Shown here: piece by piece, positions 37,742 to 49,012 of the stretch | Layout: every line of letters starts with the position of its first letter | Position numbering within the stretch: the first letter of the stretch is position 1 | Assembly (NCBI GenBank): GCA_965603825.1 | Contig: CBFDEM010000040.1 | Span: 434,001 to 498,000, forward strand | DNA from: Blepharisma stoltei ATCC 30299 | Taxonomy: Eukaryota > Protista > Ciliophora | Reading direction: 5' to 3' | DNA length: 64,000 bases | The notes under the pieces: generated by a model | Told to the model about the DNA's origin: nothing | Databases searched by the model: none | Seen by the model: only the letters and a program-made list of their open reading frames with translations | Program-made: the position numbers and the translations under genes

Positions 37742-38623
37742 ATGTATTTGTCTCTATCGCTATTTCAAGCTGTCCTCTGGGCTATTTTTACACCGCTAGT
37801 TTTCATAGGATGCATCACATTTTTCAAGACGTCCAAGCTTAGCCGTGATGATCCTAAAGAAATTTTACGACGCATCAAAATTATTGGGGTAGTTACTGTT
37901 CTATGGCCTGCTTTATTATATAGCCTATTCAGCAGTGAGGTTGAAACAGCAGAAGGTCCAAGTGTGTGGCATTGGATAGGCATAGGTATCACTATCAAAA
38001 ATTATGCTGCGATTTTATCTTCAAGTGCAGTCACTTTGGTGCTGTTTATAGGACCATTGTACCAAATGGCGTTCGATGAGGCAGAATCTACAACAGAATT
38101 TGACTTAAAAGCACTTCGTGCCTATGTGTTTGCGCCAATTTATGAAGAAGTGATATTTAGGTCAACTTTAATTACAGCTTTAATCGCAGGTGGAGCTGGG
38201 TTTTATGGCGCAGTAATGCTGTCATCATTGATTTTCGGTGTGAGCCATTTATATCACCTAGTTGAAGCTTTTGAGTGCACCGGGAGAATGAGACAACAGA
38301 AAGTGATGCAAGCTGCGATGCAAGCTGCTTATACAACAGTTTTCGGATTCTATGTCGGCTATATTTTTGTAGCTACTGGATCTTTGTATGCTGTCATTTT
38401 GGTTCATGCCTTCTGCAACTTTATGGGCTTGCCAGATGTAGGCTTTATGAATGAAGGCCATTATGGCTACGCATACAAAAGGTCTATCTCAGCTGCTTAC
38501 ATAATTGGAATTGTCTTATTTATAGTCCTGCTTTCACTCTCATTGAACCCAGATCTACATCAGTCATGGCATTACACTCTTATCAACCAACTATCAGGGA
38601 ATGAAATTAGTAAGCTTAATTAA
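37742..38623 (+). CDS. RCE1: CAAX prenyl protease 2
   Basis: APIYEEVIFR, FGVSHLYH, HAFCNFMGLP. Confidence 0.92.
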   Translation: MYLSLSLFQAVLWAIFTPLVFIGCITFFKTSKLSRDDPKEILRRIKIIGVVTVLWPALLYSLFSSEVETAEGPSVWHWIGIGITIKNYAAILSSSAVTLVLFIGPLYQMAFDEAESTTEFDLKALRAYVFAPIYEEVIFRSTLITALIAGGAGFYGAVMLSSLIFGVSHLYHLVEAFECTGRMRQQKVMQAAMQAAYTTVFGFYVGYIFVATGSLYAVILVHAFCNFMGLPDVGFMNEGHYGYAYKRSISAAYIIGIVLFIVLLSLSLNPDLHQSWHYTLINQLSGNEISKLN

Positions 38624-38653
38624 GCAAAATTATAACTATATTTAGATAAATAA

Positions 38654-39991
38654 ATGGGATTGACTTGGCTTCTTTCATTGCCAGCTCTTTTAGTAGCAGC
38701 TTCTTATTTTGATAGCCCATATGTTGAAGTTTTAAGCAGAAATAACTTTGATGAAGAAGTTTTGAAGTCTACTGATATTTGGTTTATCAATTTCATATCA
38801 GCAAATGACCAAAAAAGCCAAAGATTAGCGCCTAAATGAAATAAGGCAGCAGAAGAATATAAGGGGAAAGTCAGGTTTGGAATAGTTGACATGACAGATG
38901 ATCAATCAATTGGCTCCCGCTATGGAGTAACTTATTATCCTACTATTAAGTTTTTTGGAATTGATAAATCTCAGCCTCCAAATAATTATTATCCTGGTAA
39001 AAAATTTGAAGATAACATGAAAGAGGCTTATAGGTTCGCAATCAGTCAAATTGAGAAACTTAGCATTGAAAATAAGCCGCAGCCTCCAAGTGAGCCTCCA
39101 AAAATCCAGGAAAAAGCGAATTTACAAAATTCAAATCAAAAACCTGAGCAGATAATTAAAAAAAATGTAGAAGTGCCTAAAGATGATAATACTTTCAATA
39201 ATGCAAAGCCTGGCCAAATAGAAAATAATATGTGAATTTATAATGACAAACAGATTGAGGAAGTACTACAAAGTGAACAAATGTGACTCATTTGCTTCTA
39301 TAAATCTTACGGAGAGGTTTCTCAGAAATTAAATGCCCAGTTACCTAGAATAGCTGCGTTTTTCAAAGACCAGGTTAATGTAGCAAAGGTTGATGCAGAA
39401 TTGAATCCTCAATATGTCTTAAAAAATAAAATTACACAATTTCCTTCACTAAAACTGCTTAAGAAAAATTTTGAGTTTGAGATAAACTCAATTATCCCTG
39501 GAGAAATAATCACGATTGTTCAAGACAAATATGATGAATCAAAATACCAACCAAAGATACCTCAGATAGTGAGTCAATCTCAATTTGAAACCTCTTGCAG
39601 GGAATCTATTTGTATGATAGCTTTTATTCCAAATTTGCGCAATAGTGATTTAGAAGATAGGTTTGACTTTATTGATATATTATATGACTTGTCAACTAGG
39701 GAACGAGCACACAGCATGAATTTCTTATGAGCAGAGCAAGATCAATTTTCTGAACTTGAAGCAGTTTTAGGGATATCTTCATTTCCTACTTTAGTATCAA
39801 TAGGACTGAAAAAATCAAAATTCGCAGTAATGAAATCACCATTAAATAAAATAGATGCTATCGATTTTTATAGTAAAGTCTTAAGAGGTGGAGTGCCGCT
39901 AAAAAAATACATATCATTACCTCTAATTCCTACAACTGATGTATGACATATTAGTTTTGAAAGTAAGAGAAATGAGAAAAATCATGATTAA
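38654..39991 (+). CDS. Protein disulfide isomerase A6-like protein lacking CxxC motifs
   Basis: Signal peptide, two thioredoxin-like a domains (YGVTYYPTIKFFG, ITQFPSLKL) and a b domain. Five TGA-Trp codons, TAA at 39989-39991. Confidence 0.82.
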
Positions 39992-40115
39992 TATCACTAA
40001 ACATTATTCAATAAAGCATACTTATTAAGTAGAAATTGTGGTTAATATCTTTAACTCTCTAATTTTTTACCCATTTTTTAATTGAGATCTTTATTTTGAT
40101 TATTATCTTTCTTAT

Positions 40116-41870
40116 TTAAATCCTCTCTAAAGGCTTAATTCCAAGAAGTGTGAAAGATTCAAGTAGCATGAATTTTGTAGCCAAGCACAACTGCAGTCTT
40201 GAAGCTTGCTCTGGGCTCCCAATAACTTTGCAATTAGAATAAAACTCTGAGAACTTAGTAGTGACTTCATAAATTAGATCACAGAGCTTATTCAATGACA
40301 GTTCTTCAATGACTGTTTCAAGTGTATCTGGGAACCTGCAAATCCATAAAGCTAATGCCCTCTCTTGTGACGCTGTAAGTATGCAAGGACTTCCTAATGC
40401 TGCAGATACGGCTTCTTGCCCTGCCTTATCCAAGATTGAGCAGATTCTTGCATATGCGTAAATCAAGTAAACTGCTGTGTTTCCTCTAGGATCAAGCATC
40501 CTATCAAATGAAAACTCATAAGTTGAGATCCTGTTTTGCTTTAAATCGTAATATTTTATTGCTGAAACTCCAATCGCTTCTGCTGCATTTTCAAAGTCGC
40601 TTGGGTTTAAGTGGGTTTGCTGGCCGATTTCTGGCTCATTTGACCTTTTAAGTAACTGCTCTTTCGCTCTGCTGTGGGCTTCATCTAGTAAGGTGATTAG
40701 CTTTACGGACTCTCCTGATCTGGTTTTGAATTTTTTGCCGTCTTCACCTAAAACCACCCCGAACCCAGCATGATCCATACGAGTTTCTGGTGGCCTGTGC
40801 CAGCCTATAAGTTTTGCCGCTTCAAAAATGGTCAAGAAGTGAGGATTTTGGCCCATATCAGTAACATAGATTGCTCTTTTCACGCCTAGATCTAATAGTC
40901 TATATTTGGCAGCTGCTAAATCTGTAGAATCATATCCATAACCTCCATCGGACTTTTGAACCATTAAAGGCAATTCAAAGCCAGGCACATGGAAGCACAG
41001 CGCGCCTTCAGACTGAACTGCAAACCCTTTTTCTACTAACTCTTGAGTAATTCCTGGGAGCATTGGATTATAGAAGCTCTCTCCACAATCCTCGATTTTG
41101 ATATCAAGGCGGTCATAAATGATTTGCAAGTAATCCCTTGATACTTTGTAGATGTACTTCCAAGCTTTTATTGCGTTTTCCTCGCCTCCTTGAAGATCGA
41201 CGACCTTTAACCTTGATCTTTCTTTGAATTCTGGCTCTTGGTCAAACCTTCCTTTTGCTGCTTTGTAAAAGGTCTCTAAGTCTGAGATATCAGGAGCATT
41301 GGTTTCCCAGTCTGGATAAGTGTCATTAAGGTAGGTTAAAAGCATCCCAAACTGAGTTCCCCAATCTCCAAGATGATTAGTTCTTAGCACTTCATGGCCT
41401 AAAAACTCTAAACATCTGCATATAGCGTCTCCAATAATAGTTGACCTTAAATGGCCCACGTGCATTTCTTTGGCTATATTTGGGCTTGAAAAATCAACTA
41501 GGACTTTTTGTCTTTCAACGTTTAAATTTACTTGCAGTTTCCCTGAAGCTGAGATACTGTGGATAAGACTAGCTAAATACTCTGGCTGAATGTGGATATT
41601 TAAGAAGCCATTTCCAGCAACTTCAATTGATTGAATTACTTCATTTTGGGTGATATGCGAGCTTATAGCTTGAGCTAATTCCTGAGGATTTTTAAAGCCA
41701 AAGCAGCCTTCTTTTTTGTGTTTGTTGAAGATAGCCAATGCAATTGGGGAGATGAAGTCTGTTTTGAACTTTGCAGCTGCTGGTGTTACGATGATAGGCT
41801 CAGTAACTGGGACTGCAGCTTGAATGGCTTGAAGCAGATTGTGCTTGATAACTCCAATGATTGATTGCAT
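40116..41870 (-). CDS. RARS: Arginyl-tRNA synthetase (cytosolic type)
   Basis: VDFSSPNIAKEMHVGHLRSTIIG, GDWGTQFGML, KFKTRSG, YAYARICSI. Confidence 0.97.
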   Translation of the reverse strand: MQSIIGVIKHNLLQAIQAAVPVTEPIIVTPAAAKFKTDFISPIALAIFNKHKKEGCFGFKNPQELAQAISSHITQNEVIQSIEVAGNGFLNIHIQPEYLASLIHSISASGKLQVNLNVERQKVLVDFSSPNIAKEMHVGHLRSTIIGDAICRCLEFLGHEVLRTNHLGDWGTQFGMLLTYLNDTYPDWETNAPDISDLETFYKAAKGRFDQEPEFKERSRLKVVDLQGGEENAIKAWKYIYKVSRDYLQIIYDRLDIKIEDCGESFYNPMLPGITQELVEKGFAVQSEGALCFHVPGFELPLMVQKSDGGYGYDSTDLAAAKYRLLDLGVKRAIYVTDMGQNPHFLTIFEAAKLIGWHRPPETRMDHAGFGVVLGEDGKKFKTRSGESVKLITLLDEAHSRAKEQLLKRSNEPEIGQQTHLNPSDFENAAEAIGVSAIKYYDLKQNRISTYEFSFDRMLDPRGNTAVYLIYAYARICSILDKAGQEAVSAALGSPCILTASQERALALWICRFPDTLETVIEELSLNKLCDLIYEVTTKFSEFYSNCKVIGSPEQASRLQLCLATKFMLLESFTLLGIKPLERI

Positions 41871-42095
41871 TATTTATTAAATAGTTTCAGCCAGAAATTA
41901 AGATGGAGATGAAAAGAGACTTAATAGAAATATGGAAAGATTAAGCAATGCTATTTCTTGTGGAATAGAGCAAATAATATTATTAATATTAATATTCAAT
42001 CAGAAAGCTAAAACTTATTAGTGTGGATATGCGATTTTACTTCTTAATGCAAAATAAGTCAAATAAATGAATTCCATTAATTTGATAATTTATAA

Positions 42096-42959
42096 TTAGT
42101 TACGGAATAGCTGCCCTACTTTAAAAACCTGTGTGTTTTTTCTTTTCACTTCGTTTTGTATCGTATTCATACACCCGAAGCATTGGCAGCTGGGCCCACA
42201 CAAAATGCCACTCTGATAGCATTCGCAATATTTCTTCAAGCATGCAGACTTGCTGCAATGGCACCCAGTATTGTGCATTTCTTTTTGCTCCCCTTTCACA
42301 GATACAGTTTTAATCTTCGGCTTAAAAGCAGTCGGGTTTTTTTCTAAAATCGCGTTAATTACGCTAACCCTGATATTTTCGTGCTCTTGTATATTATAAC
42401 AGTCTACGCAGCTGCAGCCTTCACAATAAGTCCCTGCTTTAAAGCAGTCACAATACAATTTCAGACATCTAGATTTTGAGCAGTTGCAGCAAATTTTTTT
42501 ATCAGTTTTACCTGGGTTTCTTGGCCTTTTTTTGGGCTTGCAGTTAGATAGAGAAGCCAATAGACTTCCTTCATCGTTAGCGTCATCATGAACTTTGATT
42601 TCAACTGCAATAGAGTTTGCTTTGAAACGTGCAGATCCTTCCAGTACCTTTGAAAAATCCAATTTTTGAATAAACCGGGTCGTAGTAGCTAGAAGATCTG
42701 GACGAGCCACTTCTTGGCATATTGGAGACAAGTTTCCCAATGAAGCCCAAAGGGTTTTAGGGGTGAAAGTTCTATTTGAAATTTACAATTGGTTGAAGTT
42801 GGACTGAGGCGATGCAAATGCCCTAATTGGAGACAATTTAAGAATTGATTGAGTAAACGGAGATGTTAGAGGAGTCATTACTCGTTGTGGAATTGGTGTC
42901 AGAATATGCAATTCTTCATCTGAATTATACAGCTGCGTCTTTATTGGAGTAGAATTCAT
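42096..42959 (-). CDS. Tesmin/TSO1/LIN54-like CRC-domain transcription factor, one intron
   Basis: Two CXC domains (CNCSKSRCLKLYCDCF, GCHCSKSACLKKYCECY) with KNPTAFKPK hinge. ATG 42959, intron 42772-42786. Confidence 0.9.
42772..42786 (-). other. 15-nt intron
   Basis: GTAAATTTCAAATAG, A10, removes TAA. Confidence 0.82.
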
Positions 42960-42970
42960 TCAATTTGTAA

Positions 42971-43582
42971 ATGGCGGAAAGGGTTAGCGATACCATAAGA
43001 AAAGAGATTAACAAGTTTTATGAATTACCTGAGACTATATCAAAACTAAGTGCAGCAGGCATTATTGATGATCTTGAAGAGGTGTACGCAAATATATATG
43101 AATTAGGAAAAAGTAAGAATTTTAAGGAAAATTTTAAGGTCATCTTGGAAGTGATGATCAGAGAAATATGAGAGAGAAAGGAAAAAGAAAACTATGGTAA
43201 GCATTTATCCACTGCTTATTTATTAGAAAATTCTATTAAATCTCCTAGAAGAAATATTGAGAGTGGAAAAACGGAAGAAAAGAAAACTGTTAAAAATAAT
43301 AAGTCAAGAAGAAGTCAGAGCCATCAAGGGGATGAAATTTATGTAAAAGATATATAGAGCGAATTCAATAAAGGAAATGGGTATTCTTTTGGAACCGCTC
43401 CAAGAAAAGCAGAGGACAAAAATAAAGCCCCAGGGCCAGGAGCATATACACCGAACACAGAATCTGTAAGAGATAGAAGTCCGAGAGCAGTAATGCCAAA
43501 CACTGAAAGGCAAAGTCAAATGATCAAAAACTCTTCTCCTGGGCCTGCTTATGCACCTTATTATCATTTCGTATCAAAATAA
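42971..43582 (+). CDS. SHIPPO/ODF3-like PGP-repeat ciliary protein, one intron
   Basis: TGA at 43169-43171, intron 43343-43357, then GYSFG..APGPGAY and SPGPAY repeats. Confidence 0.72.
43343..43357 (+). other. 15-nt intron
   Basis: GTAAAAGATATATAG, A10, removes TAG. Confidence 0.8.
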
Positions 43583-43685
43583 TTAAAATAAAATATAGTT
43601 TGAAGTAGTCGAGCAAATAATCATCTGTAGTAAATGTTAAATTTTCTCAAAATAATACCAATTTTAAATAGTTGGAATAAAAGAA

Positions 43686-43758
43686 TGCGGCTTGTGAGGA
43701 TTGAACTCACGACCTCGAGATTATGAGACTCGCGCTCTACCGACTGAGCCAAAGCCGC
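43686..43758 (-). tRNA. tRNA-Met(CAT), elongator type
   Basis: GCGGCTT/AAGCCGC acceptor stem, GCTC-AGTCGGTA-GAGC D-arm, CTCATAA anticodon loop with U31:U39, GTGAG-TTCAATC-CTCAC T-arm. Confidence 0.95.
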
Positions 43759-43985
43759 TATTCTGATTTTATAAAATCTAAATTTATTAAGAGCATGAGA
43801 AACTTAATCTGATATAAAACTGCCTTTCATTTTGGTGAAATATAGAATTTTAACTTTTAACCAATTGAAATAGATTATTTTACAATGATGAAATAATCTT
43901 TGTGAAAAAACTTCTTAATATATATAGTTTAGATCAGAGAATTTTTTATCATATTTGAAATAAGTTCTCAATAAGCTCCAATAAT

Positions 43986-44927
43986 ATGTCTCAACCGTCA
44001 AAATTTGAAGCAGCTCGCACAAAGCAATTCGAAGAAGCACGTTTTGATCCTTATAAGCAACGGCATGGACTCTTTTCAATTCCTGGAAATTTAGCTATAG
44101 GTGATGATGTTTACGCTAGAGAGCCAGCATCAAAGAAAGGCCCAGATGGAAAGATAATAACTGCTCCAAGAAATTTTTTGACAATCATGCCAAAGACAGG
44201 CCAAGTCAAAGAAGGCTATTTTTCAACTCCTGAGTATGTTTGCGGCACTTATCAAGATCCTCCTCCAAAGTACCTGAAGGAAAGAGAAAATGCCGAAAAA
44301 ATGATGAGTTTTCACGGAAAACCATGAAAATCTAATGGAGCATTTAAAGAGCCGCTTGCTATGTTTGAATATTCTTCAGTTCAAGCAGATCAAAGACCAA
44401 ACCGAAGAGGTCCAGATGGAAAAATTACTCTAGGGCCAAAAGGCTTTTTCACATGCCCAGCAAAGAGAGGGTCAGGATCTGCAACACCTGGAGTAACAAT
44501 TGGAAAATATCCTGAATATATGTCAAGCCCTTACGATAGCCAAGAAGAATGGCTTAGAGAGCAAAGAAGAAAAGAAAAATCTTTGAGATTAGACGCACCA
44601 TTTAGGCCTACATCTTGCAATGGAAGGAACTTTACAAATAGTAAGACACTTTACGATTATTCTCATACTTTAGCATCAGCTGGAAAGAAAACTACATATG
44701 ATGGGGTCAAACATGATAAACCGTTTATGCCATTTAGTTCAACTCTACCTGGAAATACTATTGGGAAATTCCCTGAACATGAGGCTGATCCTTATCCTGA
44801 GAAGGAAAAAATAGCTGGGAAAAATGACAATCTGATATGGAAATCAAATAATTACAAACTCAAGACCTGGGTATCACCACCTTTGAGTTCTTTTGCAAGA
44901 AATGTGAAGACAGCATTAGCAATTTAA
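43986..44927 (+). CDS. CFAP96: Cilia-associated protein, C4orf47/DUF4586-like
   Basis: GLFS....IGD.Y and FFTCPAKRGSG..PGVTIG motifs. Joined by TGA at 44325-44327. Confidence 0.72.
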
Positions 44928-45095
44928 ATAACTATTAGTTAAATTTTAAGAGAGAAAATACATAACTTTTATTTTCCAATAAATGTATTCAGTTTTCGAT
45001 TTTACAATTTTGCTCAAAATTTATGTGAATTTTCTTCAAATAAATAGTATATCTATTTTTCACCAAATCCACTATTTATATTAAAATAAAGAAAA

Positions 45096-46157
45096 ATGGC
45101 AAAACATCTTTTATCAAACATTGAATATTTATTTAAATATAAGCAGCCAACTCAACAGCGGTCTCAAATTCCATCTCTCTCTTTAAATTGCAGTAATCCA
45201 AAATCCTCTAATCAAAAACTCTCTGAATCCAAGCTTCTCCGAAAGCCTACTCTCAACCCTCTACCCCCAGAACTAAGAATCCTCTGTAAAAATTGTGAAG
45301 ATCTCATACCGATTGACTTAATTGAATCCCATTCTCGCACCTGTCTCTGCATCTCTGAAAGTCTTCTAATACTAGAATCTTTTACATCCTTAGACCAAAT
45401 CAATTTTCGACTAAAAAAGTTAGAAAAATGTCTGATGGAAATGACAGAAAAAATAATTCTGAAGCCTGGGGATAAAAGTTATGTATCTATTTTATTGAGA
45501 CTTTGCCAAAAGATTTCAGAGTTAAATTATGGAGAAGATAGAAAAAATGAAGAAACTCTCAGGTCTTTGAGCTCATTATTAATCACTTTTAGAGGGTCTT
45601 TAACTTTAAAAATATATGCTGATCGGCTAAAAAGTTTAGCCCATGACCAGAAATTAGCATTAAAAGAAGCAAAAAACGCAAACTTAGAAGAGCTGAGAAA
45701 TAAAGCATTGGATTTCCAAAAAGCTTTAAATAACGCAGTAAGTTTAGGGCTCAAATCTCAAGAATTAAATAAAAAAATAGATGAAATCACAAGTGAGCTG
45801 GAAAGTCTTACAAGTGAAAATACAGTTATAAGCTCAACAACGACACAAGAAATGGAAGATTCTTTAATGCAGATAGAGAATTTTGAAAATATTAACATAA
45901 ATTCCCAGCAGCGGTTTTTTTATTCGCTTTGCATTGCTGAAAAAATGAAATCTCCTTCCAAAAGCAAGCTTCACAATATTTCTATTCAGAAGCTATATAA
46001 TAAAGCAATTGCTTTAAAAATTCGGATAGAAAATTGGCAAAAGTGAATTGAGGAGTCATTTAAATCTCCAGATTTTTTTATTGAAAAAGTCCCAAGACCT
46101 AAAGCTCGTAAATCTACTCGTAAACATCATTATTTTGAAACAATAATTGAAGAGTAA
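45096..46157 (+). CDS. Hypothetical protein with C2HC zinc finger and coiled coil
   Basis: CKNC-x11-H-x3-C. Read through TGA 46044-46046 to TAA 46155-46157. Confidence 0.72.
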
Positions 46158-46382
46158 GTAATGTAATATTATAAGCATACGAAATTTATTTATAATAAGG
46201 CATGCATTGATAAGTTAATTAATAATTTTTTATTAAGAATAGAATAGCATGGCTAAAAGACGGTAGCTTTAAATTTTCAATAAATTCTTTAATTCAATAT
46301 ATTTTTTGATAGCTAATAACTTATCTTTATATAATAGTAAACTAATTCACTCTCATTTAAAATTAATCAAATATAAATTTAA

Positions 46383-47249
46383 TTAAGCTAAAAAGAACTG
46401 TGAAAGTCCTGGGAATCTAATTTTGAGTTCTCCCACCAATCTTCCTGCACCAACAAGCACATGCACTTCTCCAATTCCATGGTCAGCCATTGGCTTAATT
46501 ATAGGTGTTGCTTGCTTTGGAATCTGAGCTTTAAGATCTTCAGGAACCACAAATCTAGCAACAGCTCCCAGCTGTGACTTCACATCTTCATTTAATTCTT
46601 CAAAGCTTCCAAATCTCAATGACATATTGAATCCTCTATAAGCATTAAAAAGTCTCAAGTAGAACTTGCATTGCTCATTGCAAATGCAGGCTTCTGAATA
46701 ATTCACCACTTCATTAAATAAATTAGGATGGCTTTCAAGAGACAAAGTAAATGAAAAAGCATTGAACAAGTCTACCAAAATATTAGGGCTCGCCAGGAGG
46801 GTATTAATTTGATTTCCAATATCAAATTCAACATGTGCGTGCTGCTCGTGGCCAAATGTTTCCCCTGCTACATTGTGAGCGATTTCAAGCATTTCTCTTG
46901 CTTTTTGGAGATATTCGTCATTAATTGTTCCTGTGATTATGGTGTAAATACCATTTGCAGAGAATTTTGGTGTAACTGGGCCTAGTTTACTTGCAAGAGC
47001 ACCTTTTGCCATTGACCAGATAGCAGTTAGGACATTTTTGAGTTTTACTGCACTATCTTCAGATGCACAAGTTATAGCTATGATTGGAGTAAAGTCATTT
47101 AGCTCATGACCGAGAATTTGGGCTGCTCTACTTTTGGCATTTGCGGTATTGGTATCACCAGTTACAAGATCAAGATAAGCTTGGATTCCAGGAGTGCTTT
47201 CTATATCTCCAGTATCGAAGTGAATCTCAGTCCTCACAGTCCCTGACAT
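46383..47249 (-). CDS. Hypothetical globular protein, 288 aa
   Basis: Uninterrupted ORF with coding-like composition and no recognised motif. Confidence 0.75.
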   Translation of the reverse strand: MSGTVRTEIHFDTGDIESTPGIQAYLDLVTGDTNTANAKSRAAQILGHELNDFTPIIAITCASEDSAVKLKNVLTAIWSMAKGALASKLGPVTPKFSANGIYTIITGTINDEYLQKAREMLEIAHNVAGETFGHEQHAHVEFDIGNQINTLLASPNILVDLFNAFSFTLSLESHPNLFNEVVNYSEACICNEQCKFYLRLFNAYRGFNMSLRFGSFEELNEDVKSQLGAVARFVVPEDLKAQIPKQATPIIKPMADHGIGEVHVLVGAGRLVGELKIRFPGLSQFFLA

Positions 47250-47358
47250 TTATAAGCCAATATTAGATTTCGGAGATTAAGGCATGGATTCCATATTTCT
47301 AGGTGTTCTAATATTTCACCAATTAAATTCTATTATAAATTTTTACTGTTTAAATAGA

Positions 47359-48594
47359 TTAAGGAGAATTCATTTTCGGCGCATTCAATCCAAGCCCTAG
47401 CAAGTTTCCCCCTACTGCTGCCCCACTTTTAGGGCCTTGACTTTGTCTTCCAGCTATCATTCTTGCAGCTTTAGGGTTTTCTGCTGTATAAATTGTCCCA
47501 TTTTCATCTTTCTGCTCCTCCAAATTGCTCAAAATATTTTCTGTTTTTTCAAGCTTGCTGTAGTTATCAGTAACTTTGATATGCGCATCTGCCAGATTAG
47601 TGCTCCAATTGCTCTTAGACTCATGCTCTCTTACCCAGTCTTCATCATGCACTTCTTCGCCTTGAAATTTCCTCGCTTCTTTTCTGGCCCAATCTACAAG
47701 TCTTGGAATTGACTGTGTTCCGGTAGGTGCGAACTTTGCGTTCATCGTCAAGGTATCTTGCCAATCAATAGTGATGGATGAAGTCAAATTCATCCCTCCA
47801 TCCACTTTTAGGATTTGTCCTGTGATGTTCGCAGCCCTTTTTGAGCATAAAAAGATAACAGCTTTGACAATGTCATCTGGGTTCGCTATTTTTTTCATCG
47901 GGTTTGCCTTCATCATTCTGTTTCTTAAGACGTCTATTTCATGAGGAGTTAGGCCAGCGTATTTAAATAAATTGGTTTTGGTCATCCCAGGAGCCACGGC
48001 ATTTACTCGAACAGGAGCTAGCTCAAGTGCTAAACATTTCGTAAGCATTTCAAGACCGGCTTTGGCCATACAATTGGAGATCATTCCTTGCTGGGGACGA
48101 TTTCCCCATTCGCATGACAAATTCACTATGCAGCCTCTGCTTTTTTCTAAAAAGCTTTGGCACATATGAATTATATGGTAGACTGCTCTTAGGTTTATAT
48201 CAATAATGTAGTCGTGATCTTGGGGATATGTGGATTCTAAGTCATTTTCAAAAATAATTCCGGCTGCGTTAATAAGAATGTCTAGCCCACCAAAGGTTTC
48301 CACAGCACTTAGGACCATATCATATTGCTGGCGATCGATTGCAAGATCACACTGGATTGCAACAGCTTGATTGGGGAATTGGTGACCGATTTTCTCGAGT
48401 TCTTCTAAGTCTCGACCTATTAAAGCTACACGAGCTCCTTGATTTAAAAGCCAAACGGCGCAAGCTTTACCTATTCCTGAGGAAGCACCAGTAATCAGAA
48501 CTCTTTTAAGAGCGAAATAGCGCTTAGCAATTGCGTTTTGAGCTACTTGGATGCCTAAAGATTGAAATCCAGACCACAGTGGTGGGTTACTCAT
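47359..48594 (-). CDS. Short-chain dehydrogenase/reductase, atypical active site, C-terminal extension
   Basis: TGASSGIG, LDILINAAG, VRVNAVAPG, ITGQILKVDGG. Confidence 0.9.
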   Translation of the reverse strand: MSNPPLWSGFQSLGIQVAQNAIAKRYFALKRVLITGASSGIGKACAVWLLNQGARVALIGRDLEELEKIGHQFPNQAVAIQCDLAIDRQQYDMVLSAVETFGGLDILINAAGIIFENDLESTYPQDHDYIIDINLRAVYHIIHMCQSFLEKSRGCIVNLSCEWGNRPQQGMISNCMAKAGLEMLTKCLALELAPVRVNAVAPGMTKTNLFKYAGLTPHEIDVLRNRMMKANPMKKIANPDDIVKAVIFLCSKRAANITGQILKVDGGMNLTSSITIDWQDTLTMNAKFAPTGTQSIPRLVDWARKEARKFQGEEVHDEDWVREHESKSNWSTNLADAHIKVTDNYSKLEKTENILSNLEEQKDENGTIYTAENPKAARMIAGRQSQGPKSGAAVGGNLLGLGLNAPKMNSP

Positions 48595-49012
48595 CTTAAA
48601 TATTTATTTACTTGAATAATTCAAACTTTAGGATAGCTAATATAAAGTAAACTAGCCAAAGCCTTATTTAAATACAAACTTCAGTTAAATTTACAAGAAA
48701 AATCTTAATTAGCTTTTGGTTTAATAAGTAAATATTTTCCATTCAATAGCTGTTTAACATTTCTATATGATCATCCTTCAAATATAAGTTTCTACTTCTT
48801 TGTTTCCTTATTTTCTTATATTTTATCTCTTTTCAATACTTCATTCTCTCCAATTAATATTTTTCTAATCAATTTCGTAAGTCCTTCAATGATTCATAGC
48901 TTTCCTATATGACCTTTCCTTTAGAATCCTTTCTTGCCTCTCTCTTTTAGCCTTATCCTAGTTTCCATACATTGTGCTTTTATTGAGTGAAATAGAGTGG
49001 CTGATAATAAAG

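Noticed and set aside
43197-43226. Possible 30-nt intron GTAAGC...TTAG with internal hairpin
   Set aside because: The frame is open without splicing and the length is atypical for this lineage.
48974-49012. N-terminal extension of RPS23 from a GTG start
   Set aside because: Artefact of alternative-start ORF calling. The conserved protein starts at ATG 49013.
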